Shown here: one piece after another, positions 12,201-23,408 of the stretch | Numbering within the stretch: position 1 is the stretch's first letter | Layout of the letters: each line of letters begins with the position of its first letter | From: Klebsormidium nitens | Lineage: Eukaryota; Plantae; Klebsormidiophyceae | Assembly: GCA_000708835.1 (NCBI GenBank) | Contig: DF237195.1 | Location: 59,209-123,208, forward strand | Length of the DNA stretch: 64,000 bases | Direction: 5' to 3' | Translations under genes and position numbers: made by a program | The notes under the pieces: generated by a model | Told to the model about the DNA's origin: nothing | Seen by the model: only the letters and a program-made list of their open reading frames with translations | Database searches by the model: none

Positions 12201-15200
12201 GCCGTGGGGCTCGGAGCGTCGGTGGGGGTGTATCTGTGCGCGGGGTTCTTCTACGACACCCCCCTGCTGCACCCGCTGCTGTTTTTGGCGAGCGTGGCGG
12301 CGGCCGTGTTTCTGGTGTTCGCATACCACCCGACGGGCGCGAGCGCCAAGTACCTGCCGTGGCTGTTTGCGCTGCTTGCAGCGCTCCTTCCCGTCATGTA
12401 CCTGCTGCCGCAGGTCAGAAAGCGTTCCTTTGTTCTTGCCCCTCCGTTGTGTTGAAATTTCTCGCTTGTCGGTTCGTCTCTACCACTTTCCATTGTTTTC
12501 CTCCCTTCCTCCTTTCTTCGGTTCTCTCTTTCTTTCTTGAGTCATCTTCAGTTGCTGTTGTTCAGTGAATGTATCTGCTGCCGTACGTTGGAACATCTTT
12601 TCTTTCTTGCACTCTCTCGCCTTATGGTACGGATATCACTCTGTTGCGTCTCAAGCTTCCTTTGCTCCTTTCAGTTTCTTTGTGGTGATGTACCTGCTAC
12701 TACAGGTTGGCGGATCTTCCTCTCCTTTTGGTCTTCTGCCTTGCTGTCATTGTCACTCTCTTTGCCGGTTCATTTGCGGCTGCTTGCGGATTTTACTCTG
12801 ATCAACCTGATGTTGCGCGTCGTCGGTGTTCAGTGGCATGTCTGAAAGCTTCCTGTGAGTACTTGGAATCAGTTAAGGGGGATAACCTGACGTTTAGGGT
12901 GCCTCTGTAAAGCCAGGACAATTGTCCCGAAATGATTGCTTGCTGCGACTGTCATCTTGCAGCCGCGTGCCGATCATTGCAGCCTTCCGCCGTCACAATC
13001 CAGTCATGTCAAAGCATCGGGAGCATTTATTGGCAGCTCTAGGCTTTCTTGGATCTGCTCGGCATTTTCATTCTTTTGTGCCTGGACCCAAAGCGGTGCA
13101 CGACCCGTGATTGCATCCCGGGGGCAGGTGCAGATTGACTCGAGCATTATCAGGGTCGCAGGAACGCAGCGATGCAGGACTGCCGATCTTGGATTGCCCG
13201 AACAGCTGCTTTTTTCGGCCTTGTTTCTTCAATCCTCGAATCTCCCTTGCAATTGCCGCATCTGGCATAAGATGTGAGAGCACGTCGAGCTTATCCGAGG
13301 AGGCTCATGAGCGATTGCAATGAGCCGGCTCTTTCCCCTGCACAGAGTAGCGGGCTGTGCGTATTGCTCGTATTTTGGGTCTTGTGACTGATGGCGGTTT
13401 CAGATTCGATCAGGACAGAATGCTCTGTAGAGACACCGTCCGTGTCAAAGCCGGAAAGAGCAAGTATAAGCGAGCCTGTGCAAGCGAGCCCGTGCACTTG
13501 ACAAAGCGAACCCCTCTGCTCATCACCGGTCTACCGCCTGAGTTGATCATGTATCCGCTTACTTGTTCAGACCGAAGTCGCCCACCGACTTTTCTGTTCC
13601 AGGTGTCGCTTATGGGCGCGCCCCCGATCTGGACCCCACTTCGCGCCTCGAGGAGGTTGCGCTCCTGGAGGATGCGCGCACGTCCCTGTCTTGCATAAGA
13701 TATGTTTTAGCTGTATTTATTCATTCCACTCAGACTTAGGACGCCACTTTGGTTCAGGTGTCCCGCTTCGCGCGCGCCCCTGACGTGGACGCCGCGTCGC
13801 GCCTCGAGGAGATTGCGCTCCTGGAGGACGCGCGCACGTCCCTGGTCGCGCTCTACGCCGCGCTGTTCCTGCTCATCGCCCTCGTCATCAAGCTCAAGCT
13901 GACCGCCGTGCTGAGCGCGTCCGGCCACTCGCAGCCCGCGCTTCCGAGTCGACAACAGGGCTTCGCCCCAAGCGTAAGTGAAACTTCTTCTGGTAAAAGC
14001 TACTGTTAGGCGACGAGGCAGACATTGCGAAGTGGTTATGGTCGCCGTTTTGATCATCAAACTCAAGCTGACCGTCGTGCTGAGCGCATCAGGCCACTCG
14101 CAGCCGGCGCTGCCGAGTCGACAACAGGGCTTCGCACCGAGTGTAAGTAAACCTTTTGTTTATCTTGAAAACTTAGTTGGGCGACAGGTTTTTGTGTGTA
14201 AGGTTTTTTGAACAGGCAGTGAACATCGATGGTGGTCCCCTGTCGGTTATCAATCTCAAGCTGACCGCCGTCCTGACCGGCGCTGCCCAGCCGACAAGAG
14301 GGCTTCGCGCCGAGTGTGAGTACAGTAATACTTTTTGTTTGAGCCGGGCGACAGGGGGGATGTTGCGAAGGTTGCATTAGAGAGTGAACGGTGATCCTGG
14401 TCGCCGTTTCGTCAGACTCAAGCTGACCGCTGTCTTGCGCGCACCCAGCCACTTGCAGCCGCGGCAGCCCATTTGACAACAAGGCTTCGCACCAAGCTTA
14501 AGTAAAACCTTCGCTGATAGTCTCGGATAGTCGACTAGGCGAAGACTTGGCAACGTGGTTGAACAGAGGGGCCGTCTGTCTGCACCTCAAGCATTACCCT
14601 CACTCTCGCTCAATTTCATTCTTCGGAAGTCCTCAATTCAACGCTTCCGTTTGTTTATGCAGCACCGTCCGTTCCAGCCCCGCCGGACGTCCTTAGCCAA
14701 GGCACTGTCCGTCCAGAAGCTGTCCCGGGAGGGCGCCTGGATGCCCGGGCTGGGGAACGTGGCTACACTGCTCTCCTTCGCGCTCTGCATGCTGCTCAAC
14801 CTGGAGTACACCGGGGGGTCCGACAGGTGAGCTTTTTGGGGTTTTAGAATTTTCAAAAAGAGGGTTAAAAAGTGGTAAGAAAGGGGTGAGCCCGGGGAAA
14901 CCTATCGGGGGTTGTTCGGGTCTCTGCTTGACCCTTGAGTCAGATTTACAGCCGCTGCCACGAGTCTTCTGAGACCCGCTCGTCTTCTAAGGTCCACCAA
15001 GTATTCTTTGCGCTCTGTATGCCTCGCAACATGGATTTGCTCGGACCACGATAGGTGAGCCGGGGGGCCCATTGGGGGCTGTACTGGCTCTCGGCTTGAC
15101 TCTCGAGTCGAGCCATCTCTACGGGCACCGCCGCACGTCTTTTGATATCCACAAGCTGCTCACACTTATCATTCTTTAGAACCATGCGAGGCAGGTATGG

Positions 15201-15993
15201 ACTGGGAGCTTCAGTGGCACGATTGAGATGCAGGATGATTGAGAATTCCCGTCCGCTCAGGAATTCCGAGGGCAGTTGCCGTATCGGTGAGGGCCGGTCT
15301 GCTCGCCAAGAAGCCTCTTGTGTTCGCAAGCGTCCCCCAGTTGTAGAAACGTTGACTACGAATGCTGCACGTCGACAGTCTTTTCAAGCGCATGACACAC
15401 TCATAAGAGGCAAATTTGTCCGGAGGGCGCTCTCGCCTGACTACTCTTTGACAAATCGAGGTCCCTATCTGAAGCACTAGCAGTTACGAGTAGCTTGCCT
15501 TCTACAACCTTTTCTCCTTCCCCTGGGCAGGTCCATCTTCGTACTGGCGCCCATTCTGCTGCTACTCAACCAGGACGCCAACCTGTTTACCACCTTCACC
15601 GACCGGCAACGCTACTTCCCGGTCACTCTCACCATCACTCTCTACCTGGTCATCTCCTCGGGGTATCACATAGTGGTCGGGGCGTTACAGGGCGGCCTCG
15701 CGTCGAGCCTCCTAAGCCTAGCCGGCAGGAATAGCGTCCTAGTGTTCACGGTCAAAAACGCGCTGCTGCTTCTGGTGACGTTACCCAATCAGGTGCTGTT
15801 TAACACCTTCATGTGGGACAACGTGAAGCAGTCGAACATGGTGCTAATGTCTCTGACCCCGCTTAACCTGCCAGCGGTGCTTCTTTCGGACGTGTCGACC
15901 GTTAGGGTCCTAGCGGCGTTAGGGGTAGGGTTCGCGCTGGTCCAGTTCCTGGTGTCAAGACGCGTGAGGCTCGCCGGGCTCAGATACATTTGA
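6251..15993 (+). CDS. NEF1: NO EXINE FORMATION 1 homolog, multi-pass membrane protein
   Basis: Exons 6251-7366, 7718-7858, 8647-8836, 9542-9810, 10785-10964, 11928-12413, 13758-13973, 14663-14826, 15531-15993, all GT-AG with consistent phase. Recognisable NEF1 motifs: RFAPNPFQYNGRVALAIVP, SLQFRWL...IVLALERVLFA, VIFHAFGQYIHLPPPLNY, KMKPWQ, WMPGLGNVAT, LLLLNQD...QRYFPVT, and C-terminal GLRYI. The start could be 6251 or 6281. Confidence 0.93.
8340..8640 (+). repeat. Two decayed intronic copies of the acceptor plus 5' end of NEF1 exon 3
   Basis: (ttc)ag g..gatcacccggtcaaagacaccgc.cgggtgctcatgct.gg.gtgactctggccct occurs at about 8350 and 8461, and as the real exon at 8641. Confidence 0.85.
8925..9540 (+). 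repeat. Four decayed intronic copies of the acceptor region of NEF1 exon 4
   Basis: Variants of ...cccc...cagaggagggcctctaccccggcta at about 8941, 9100, 9250 and 9395, versus the real junction at 9541. A longer unit (aagtggggc..ctttcttact..c..actgcccc...gctagttgt.ccgtttggccacttgtcgactcctgc) recurs at about 9217 and 9358, and its 5' part at 9499. Confidence 0.8.
9925..10005 (+). repeat. Intronic copy of the 3' end and donor of NEF1 exon 4
   Basis: tttgtatagggacaaagcgcggccgcagtgtccgggccaagatggagccctggcaggt versus the real tttgctgtaccgggacaagtcgcggccgcagttccgggccaagatgaagccgtggcaggt. Confidence 0.85.
10234..10566. mobile_element. MITE-like element with hAT-like TAGGG termini, in NEF1 intron 4
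   Basis: About 35-bp imperfect TIRs: left tagggcttttacacacagaggcgggtgtttttt, right reverse complement taggggtctttacacacagggcgggtgttctttt. An internal partial TIR copy lies at about 10318-10350. No clear TSD. Confidence 0.7.
11040..11220 (+). repeat. Two intronic copies of the 3' end and donor of NEF1 exon 5
   Basis: gggcgtgccgatgtcgccttcgactccacgcacatgcaggtagggtccagactcttgc (about 11047) and a more decayed copy at about 11169, versus the real end at 10964. Confidence 0.85.
11505..11610 (+). repeat. Intronic copy of the 5' end of NEF1 exon 6
   Basis: caggctgccaagcgcgcggtcgttttgttcatcgcctctggcgcg..ctcctccggacccc versus the real cagtctgcaaagcgcgccgtcgtcctggtcatcgcctccggcgcg at 11925. Confidence 0.8.
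13590..13690 (+). repeat. Intronic copy of the 5' end of NEF1 exon 7
   Basis: ccaggtgtcgc...cgcgcctcgaggaggttgcgctcctggaggatgcgcgcacgtccctg versus the real exon at 13758. Confidence 0.85.
14015..14515 (+). repeat. Three intronic copies of the 3' half and donor of NEF1 exon 7
   Basis: ctcaagctgaccg..gt...g.gcgca.c.gcca...gcagcc....cgacaacagggcttcgc.cc.ag.gt(a/g)agt at about 14060, 14250 and 14415, each more diverged than the last. Confidence 0.88.
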
Positions 15994-18367
15994 TGCCCGG
16001 TATTGATTCCGATAATTGCATAACTTCGAGTCGTTTATGCCCTGCACGAATCTATTCCGATTCATTGAATAATCGGACTTCAGGATGCCATCGTTCTGCT
16101 CTAACGGCGATCTCGCAAGCTAGTAATGAGTGTTTTTTTTTTTTTTTGTGGGTCCGGGGTTCGAAAGTCGGGGTTTCAAAGTCCAGGGTTCCAAAGTCGA
16201 TCGTTGAAATTGGATTCAAGTTAGATCCTAGGCGCGCAGCCGATGTGATCTGAATACTGTCACTTTGTGCCAGCATGCGGATTGCAATCCTTCATTTTGC
16301 GGTACACTCTTGGTTGCGGCCTCCGTGTAGATTCCATGCATGATGGGGCCCGGCGCGCCGCTTTGCCAATGACTCGGGTGAACTTACGTGGTCGGACTGC
16401 ATACACCGCCGCACTTAGTTGTGTCTATGATGCCACAGCTGTCACACAACCGGTCGTACATGCTGCATCCAGTATGCCGTGCAGATATTGCCGGATATTG
16501 GAGTCTGCTATTGTAATTGTGCACTAGCACATGCTAGCTAAGCCCCCATCCTCAAGCAAAAGCCATGATGAGTTAATGCCGGCCGGCGGCCGCATGCATG
16601 ATCAATACCTATGTGCCCAATTTTTCATCTTTTTCCAAAGCATACATCAGCACAACTAGGTGTGTTGGACGTACCTGTACCAAAGCTATCATTTATTCCA
16701 AAGTCAATGCATGCAAGCAAGCTGAGCGTCCAACGTGGGTAGAATGCCCCACATATTCACACCCCCGGGCCGGCGGGCCCGAGCAAACAAAGTAAGTCTT
16801 CACGAGGTAGTTTAACAATCACGTGCTCCCAACCCAACGTCCTCTCTTACCCGGCATGCTACCCGGCTGTCCCTTGGGCGCCTGTTTCAAGGCACACTGC
16901 GGTTAGGGCCGCCACAGTATGATTGGCACACGATGAAAACAATTGGCACATCGAGCCTGAGATACATCAGGCATGTCAACACATGATTGCATGCCACCGT
17001 CCTTAAGTACCTCATCCCGAGATTAACACGACGGGATTGCGCCCCGTCACATCTTCATGCATCATGTTTCATTTGCGACGTGCGCACCGCAGTGCTATTC
17101 TCATCATACAGAGCAAAACTAGGCCAGCGGGCAACCAACTTGAAGCTGGCAGTAAGCAGAAGAACATCATTCCTTCATGAAATGCAGGACAGTCACTCAG
17201 TGGTGGCGGTGGAAGAAGTGGCAAAATTTCGTTACACATCGAATTGAAGTACTGTAAGCTGTTTGGCCAATTCCAATGCTGGAATCTTTGTGCCTCGTTT
17301 ATGCATCAATAATTATGAGTATCATTACGAGGTGCTCTGAAAGTCCAAGAAGTAAGCCCCCCTTTCGACCAATGTAGAGAATGGTGTCTCTGATCACTAA
17401 AGCTTGTTGGATGGGCATAATAACTCCCTTTGAACGAATGTGAGAGCTGGAGCTGGCTGCAACTTCTGCAACTTATTGGTGACAACCTGAGATGAGAAAG
17501 GAGCGAGAACGACTAGCCTACTCTAGTATTTCGGCATGTGTCCACGGTATTTCGAGCACGACCCAACGCCATTTACTTTTGCGGTCAGGGTTTCCCAGGG
17601 CCACAGCCGGCTAGAGAACTTGGACCTGGCCTACCGAGAAGGGACCCCGGCCGCTGCCGAAGGCAAGAATGCAGGCAAGCAAGCGGTGGGCTCCGGCCAA
17701 ACAAAAGGAAATACCGACGCCGCAGGCAGCTAGCCGGCCCCCGGGACGAAACCCCGTGGGAATTTGGAAACCCTCGGGAACGGGACGGCCGTCAATCATG
17801 CATGGGCCCGGGTCCACCCGGCCCGACGTCCTCCAATAGCAGACCGGCATATGTCTCAAACTCTTTCTAACTCTATAAACATTCTCGAGCTCCGCTCCGG
17901 CCCCGGGAGGTTGAGATCAATGATGGATGGACAAAATTGATGAACACAGTGCCCGGGGATCAAAGAAAAGTTTCAAAGATGGGCCACTCCCAGCTTGCTG
18001 AATAGGTACACCCGCTCCAGTCTCATCGTGGAGTTCGGAATCTAGGTGTTGAACCTGCGGCGCAGGAGCTGGGTGAAATGCGGGCCATGGCTCATCTCTC
18101 ATGACCTTGCTACTAAAGAACGCCCTGCTGCCCTGGCGCCCCTCCTTCTGCAAACCACATTTTCTGCAGCAGCACGCCTGTTTTTAGCTGGCTTCCTGCT
18201 AGGATAACCGTCCACCTTGCTGCTTGGTGGCTTGGACAGAGAAAAATCAGCAGGCGGCATCAGCTTGCAAACCAGCGCAAGCGAACCCATCTTTTTCCTG
18301 GCAAAACATGAAGTGAAGATTGTCTTGCCTGGAGACTCAATCTCTTTCCTGGCACTCACCAAACGCA

Positions 18368-21300
18368 ATGGAGATGTCTGGCCTTCCACGGGCGTGGCCG
18401 TCCACTCAGGAGCTCATCCAGCCGGCTGCCCCCATTGGCGAGGACGCGCCAACTTTCCTGGCCGTGAGCAAATCGTGGAGACCCTACCAAGACCAGTGGC
18501 TGGAAGCCCCCCTCCCCTTCCTGAAGCGCACCCCCCGCTGCTACTACCGTTGGCGCTGGCTGGTTCTCTACCCCTTCCAATGGCGCCTCTTCCGCGGGCT
18601 CACCACCGTCGGCGAGCTGCTCCTCATCCTAGTTCTTCTCGCCGTCGGCGCCGCGGCCGCATATGCGGCGGGCCATGGGTTCTCGTTCCGCTCGGACGTG
18701 CCCCCCGGAAGCAACCACCAGCCTGTTCTGAGCACGGGGAGCATCGCACAGGTTCCCTTGCTGCTCGTCTGGACGCTCGCGTGTCACAATAGCTTATGGA
18801 CGTTCCTCCTGGGGATACCCTTTGAGCGGGCCCTGTTCTGGCACAAGCTCATGGTGTGGCTCAGTCTGGGGCTCGGGGCTTATCACGGCGTGTTGGGACA
18901 GCTCAGCAAGGGCGAGGATCCAAACCACCGAGTCACGGGCTACGCCCTCGGCGGCATCATGCTCGCTCTAGTTGTCACGGCCTGGTCGGGCGTGCGGCGG
19001 GCCCTGTTCGACTGGTTCTACCGCAGCCACTGGGTGCTTTTCATAGCGTCGGCCGTCGTCGCCGTCATGCACGGGGCCTCCCTGGTGCTCATCGGCGTCG
19101 GGCTCTGGGGCTTCGACGTCGTCGCCCGGTCCTACATGGCGAAATGGAAGCATGCAAAAGACGGGGACGTTGCACGGTTGCCCGGGGACGTCGTGCGCAT
19201 CGAGTGGCCCCGCGAGGGTTTCCAGTACTTTGGGGGCCAGAACGTGTTCATCTGTGTGCCAAAGATTTCGGTTTGGGAGTGGCACCCATTCAGCTTGTCG
19301 TCACACCCGGGTGCGGACAAGGTGACGGTGCATATTCGAGTGCTGGGGGACTGGACCAAGCGCCTGTACGACCTTGCCTCGCAGTGAGTCGACAATCCTC
19401 AACAACGAGCCGATCGTTCACCTCGTCATCATGATGTCCAATCCGTGCAATTACAAGAGGAGAACCAACTTGCTTTCAGTAACTACACTGCAGATACGAG
19501 GGTAAAGGCTGTATCGCACCCCTTACAAGCTGAGATCTTCAAGCTTTTGGAGTTTCTTTCCAATCAAAGACCTTTGGGAGGTCCTTGCCATAGAATCGCC
19601 CAACGACTTCAAAATTAGGACTTTATGCCTCTGAGTTCCAAATACGTGTATTTTATGGCTCCCGTGCTTCGACACTCGAGTGTGCACAGCTGTCGCCAAC
19701 TTGAAAGATTCACGCCCCTTTGTTTCAGTGCCATGTCAAAAGTGCCGACAAAATCTCTGGCTTATAATCCAACGGGTGGTCAGCATCAGACTGGGGGTTT
19801 TCGCCAAACAGCCTTGCCTGATCTCTCTGACTCGCTGTTGGTCCGATGCAGCGTTTGCACATACTGCAGTGTCCTCCTAAGCAGTCTCACAGAGCCAGCT
19901 TCTTGCCTGTCTGCCAAGACACTTTTCTGGTTTGTGCTCCTTTCTGCTGGTTGGCCATTGCAACGCTTCGGGTCAAAATGAGTTCCAAAACGAAGACAGC
20001 TTCCCATCCAATCATTCGTACTGAGGAGCCCTCATCAAGAGCCAGGTTGCTCAGAGCCCGCCGTCAAATCTTATTTCCTTTCTCCGGGTTTGTTTGGCTC
20101 AAGTTAACTTATCCGTGTGGCATGCCAATTCCAGGTTCGATCCCATACAGCCTGCGACCAGCTGCTCAGCATTCCGCTGACCTTTGACCATTTTTCAGGG
20201 TGCCTCAAGTTTCTGCTCAAATCGGTCGTTTGAGCCAATGCGCAGCATTCCCGATCCTCCTCATACCGCATCAGGCCTCGCGTGATCATACCATCAACTA
20301 AAGCTCGCATTATGTACCCGCAATCCATGATTCTGCGGCGCTTGTAAAGCACTCTGATGCGTCGTTTCAGGACGGACGACGCTCAACCCATCCAGTTCCT
20401 GTTCGAGGGACCGTACGGATCTCCTTCGGTCGACGTCTGTGGCGACAAGTACCAGATGTTTCTGCTGATTGCGGGCGGGATCGGGATCACACCGATGCAG
20501 TCCATGGTCAACACGCTGGTCAGTTTCAATCCTCACAAGAAGGTTTGGCTGCTAAACAGGCTGAATACCAGGCATGAGTCTCAGGTTATCGGACATATAA
20601 CCGGGCTTTAACCTTGTTCCAAGGCTGGTCACCGCCCAAGTCTGGGTATTGGATAGTTAATCACTTTGAAGTTAACCATGTTGACATAACCACTTTGAAC
20701 GTCCGGCCCATAGCCAGCCCATAACCATCCATGGTTAAGGGCCGGAATCCTCTGTGCTTGCGGCCTTCGTTATCACCGCCGTCCATTGCCGTTTGCTCTT
20801 GCCTCATGCATCAATCGTCGGGGGTTTTGTGGGATTTTGAGCCCTCCCCTTGAAACGCTACCGAAGGACAAGAAACAAGCTTATGGGCTACAGTCGAGCA
20901 TGAAAATTCTTTTACTGTGCTGACTGAAAACAAGAGATAAAAGTTGAGTCTCTACTCCGGCACGCCAACAATTGCATGTCCTACTCAGAGGTCACATGAA
21001 GAAATGAACTCTGAAGCTGACATGAAGTCAATGCGCTGTGATTGGGCGATATGCGTTGAGCGAATACAAGAGATGGAAGCGAAGGCGCTGCAAGAGACCA
21101 TAAAGATCGTGTACTAGAGCGCTGGCAGACAAAGAAATATGAGAATGAAATAAAACAATCTTTCTAAGGCAATAGACGAGACAGCACCTACCGCTGCTGC
21201 AGGCTCCTTCGGCGCAGCAACTTGATGGGTGCTTCTTGCCTTCTCAACCCTCGAGAACGTCGAGAAGTTCCAACAAATAACTGAAGTTCTCGAATGCTTG

Positions 21301-22985
21301 CCCCTTTAACCCTATAACCCTAAAACCCTGAAACGCAGATGGCCGACGCCCACCGCGGCCGCCCCGTGAAGAAGGTCTGGCTCGTGTGGTCGGTGCGCGA
21401 CGATCACCTGATCCGTTCCGTCCTTCCGCACGACGGCGTGTACGAGCGGAAGCAGCTGCCAAAGCGGCTGCCCACGAGTTTCTCGCCTGACGTCATCGCG
21501 GATGACCTCAGCGCGGACCCGGGTGACGTCCAGCCGGAGAAGCCGCTCAAGGAGGCGCGCCAGCTGCATACCGAGTTCTACCTCACGCAGGTTGGGCAGG
21601 CGAAGGCGTTTGATCGGTTAATGTCTCGACGTGTTTTTTTATGTTTGTCGTGCGTTTCTTCGGATTCATGTAGCTCTTTGGGTTTTCAGGTTCCACTCTT
21701 TTTTTCTTTTGGGTCTCTTAGTCTCGCCTGTTGTTTTTCTTTCTGAAGGTTCTTAAGTTCGTGTGTTGCTTTGTGTGTTCTATGATGATTTCTTGACTAT
21801 CAATTATCGAAGTGGCACATCAGACGTGGTGCTTCTGCTTGCTCTTCTCGGTCAAGAACCCTGCACGCCGGTTTGATCTGAAGCTTGAAGCTCCACTTGA
21901 GATCTTGGGGTTTGGGGCTGCGGTGATTGCACGTCAGCGCACTTGAAACCGGAAAGCGACCACAAATTGCAGACTCATGCTTCTGTTGAGTTTAAGAACT
22001 TGTGCTGGAAGTCTTTTGTCGATTGATGGCGCGGATCCTTTCCACGACGTGGAGGTGCGCAGCTGCTCGAATGATGCTTTGTCGCATCCTAAATCTGCTC
22101 TTGATCCCGTCCTGTTTACGTCCTTCCGTAAGCAACGGCTTACGTTAACCAATCTTTCGTGCCCGCCATTCCGGCTATATACAGATCTCGCAGTCAATCT
22201 GGTTGCCAAGTCACCCTTAATCCTTCCCTTAAGCCGCTCTGTCTCCTTCTGGCCTGTCATCTAATTGGCCCAAGATTCACACACTTTTAAACCGTTGCTA
22301 ATATTCCCTGTACTCCATCTCTCCCCGTATACTGTCTTGTGTCTTCCTTCTTTAACGCACCCCTTAGAGCTGCCTTCAAATCAAAAGCAAAGAAGACCGC
22401 GAGGAAACCATTGCTCCACCTACCAACCCTTCATCTCATGGCGAAGCGAAGCAGAGATGTCCAGCTATCAAGTGAGAGTAGTGCACGTGGAGGCGATCGG
22501 GGGTAGTTCCGAGAGCCAAAAAGGGAAGGCGTACCGCAACGCGTCGGCAAACAAACTCCCAATCTTCCATCGGTTCTCGCCCCTGTGCGACATCGACGAG
22601 GCGCACCTGGGTTAGTCCTTAACCACGCACGAAAGGCGCTCCTTAACCAGAGCCCCGAGCTTGAAACCACCCCTGTTCACAACAACGTAGTTTGTTGACC
22701 TTTTCTCCTAAGGTCGTTCGCGCCTGTCTCCAGGTGAGGGATCCCTCCGGCTTTGCGGACGCCAACATCCAGCCGGAGCTGCAGCCGTACCTGCGCTTCG
22801 GACGTCCGGACCTGCCGCGGATCTTCGAACAGATGCGCGAGCTCGCGGCCGCGTATGGCGAAACTAGGGTGGCGACGCTCGTGTGCGGACCGCCCGGGAT
22901 GATTGCGGACGTCCGACGGCTGAGCAGCCGGCACAGAGTGAACGGGGTGCGGTTCGACTGCCACGTGGAGACGTTCGAGTTGTAG
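18368..22985 (+). CDS. Ferric reductase / NADPH oxidase (FRD-family) transmembrane flavocytochrome without EF-hands
   Basis: Exons 18368-19383, 20371-20518, 21339-21590 and 22734-22985, phases consistent; the last acceptor could alternatively be at 22712. Motifs: GIPFERALFWHK, FYRSHWVLF, EWHPFSLSS (FAD binding), LGDWT, EGPYG, LIAGGIGITP (NAD(P)H binding), LVWSVRD, GRPD, CGPPGM, and C-terminal H-x-E-x-F. Confidence 0.92.
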
Positions 22986-23408
22986 GTTGATTGAGTTGCA
23001 CGGGTTCAGGAGTTGGGAGCTTGGTCATTCGAGGGTCGCGCGTTTTACAGCAGATTCAGGGTTTATTGAACGGTAGAATTGTGTACGTTCGCACAGGCCG
23101 CATGCTGCCGACTTTCGACAGTCAAGTCTGACGCATCGGTTTGGCTTCTCAAGTTAAGCGCACCTATCTCAATGACCTTCAATCTGCATGGTCCACAACC
23201 GCTTGCTGGGCCCGAAAATAATGTTCGCAAGCCTTCCTACACACCCGACCCGCGTTTGGGACGAGATTTGACTACAGACTAGATCGCTTTCTCCTGAAAG
23301 CGTCCGCCTCTCATGTGCTTCTGGCACCCTAGCCATGTTAGCATCAAGGTCCTGGCCGTGCCAGCATATGAGCTGCGTACAGCAAATGCTCAGGCTCTAG
23401 AATTGCAA

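Noticed and set aside
8340-14515. CRISPR-like array or Dscam-style mutually exclusive exon clusters
   Set aside because: The repeats are partial, progressively decayed junction copies with no repeat-spacer regularity. Most lack one splice site or an open frame.
20602-20745. Tiny MITE with 16-bp imperfect inverted ends (ccgggctttaaccttg / catggttaagggccgg)
   Set aside because: Only 13/16 matches and no TSD; cannot be separated from chance without copy-number data.
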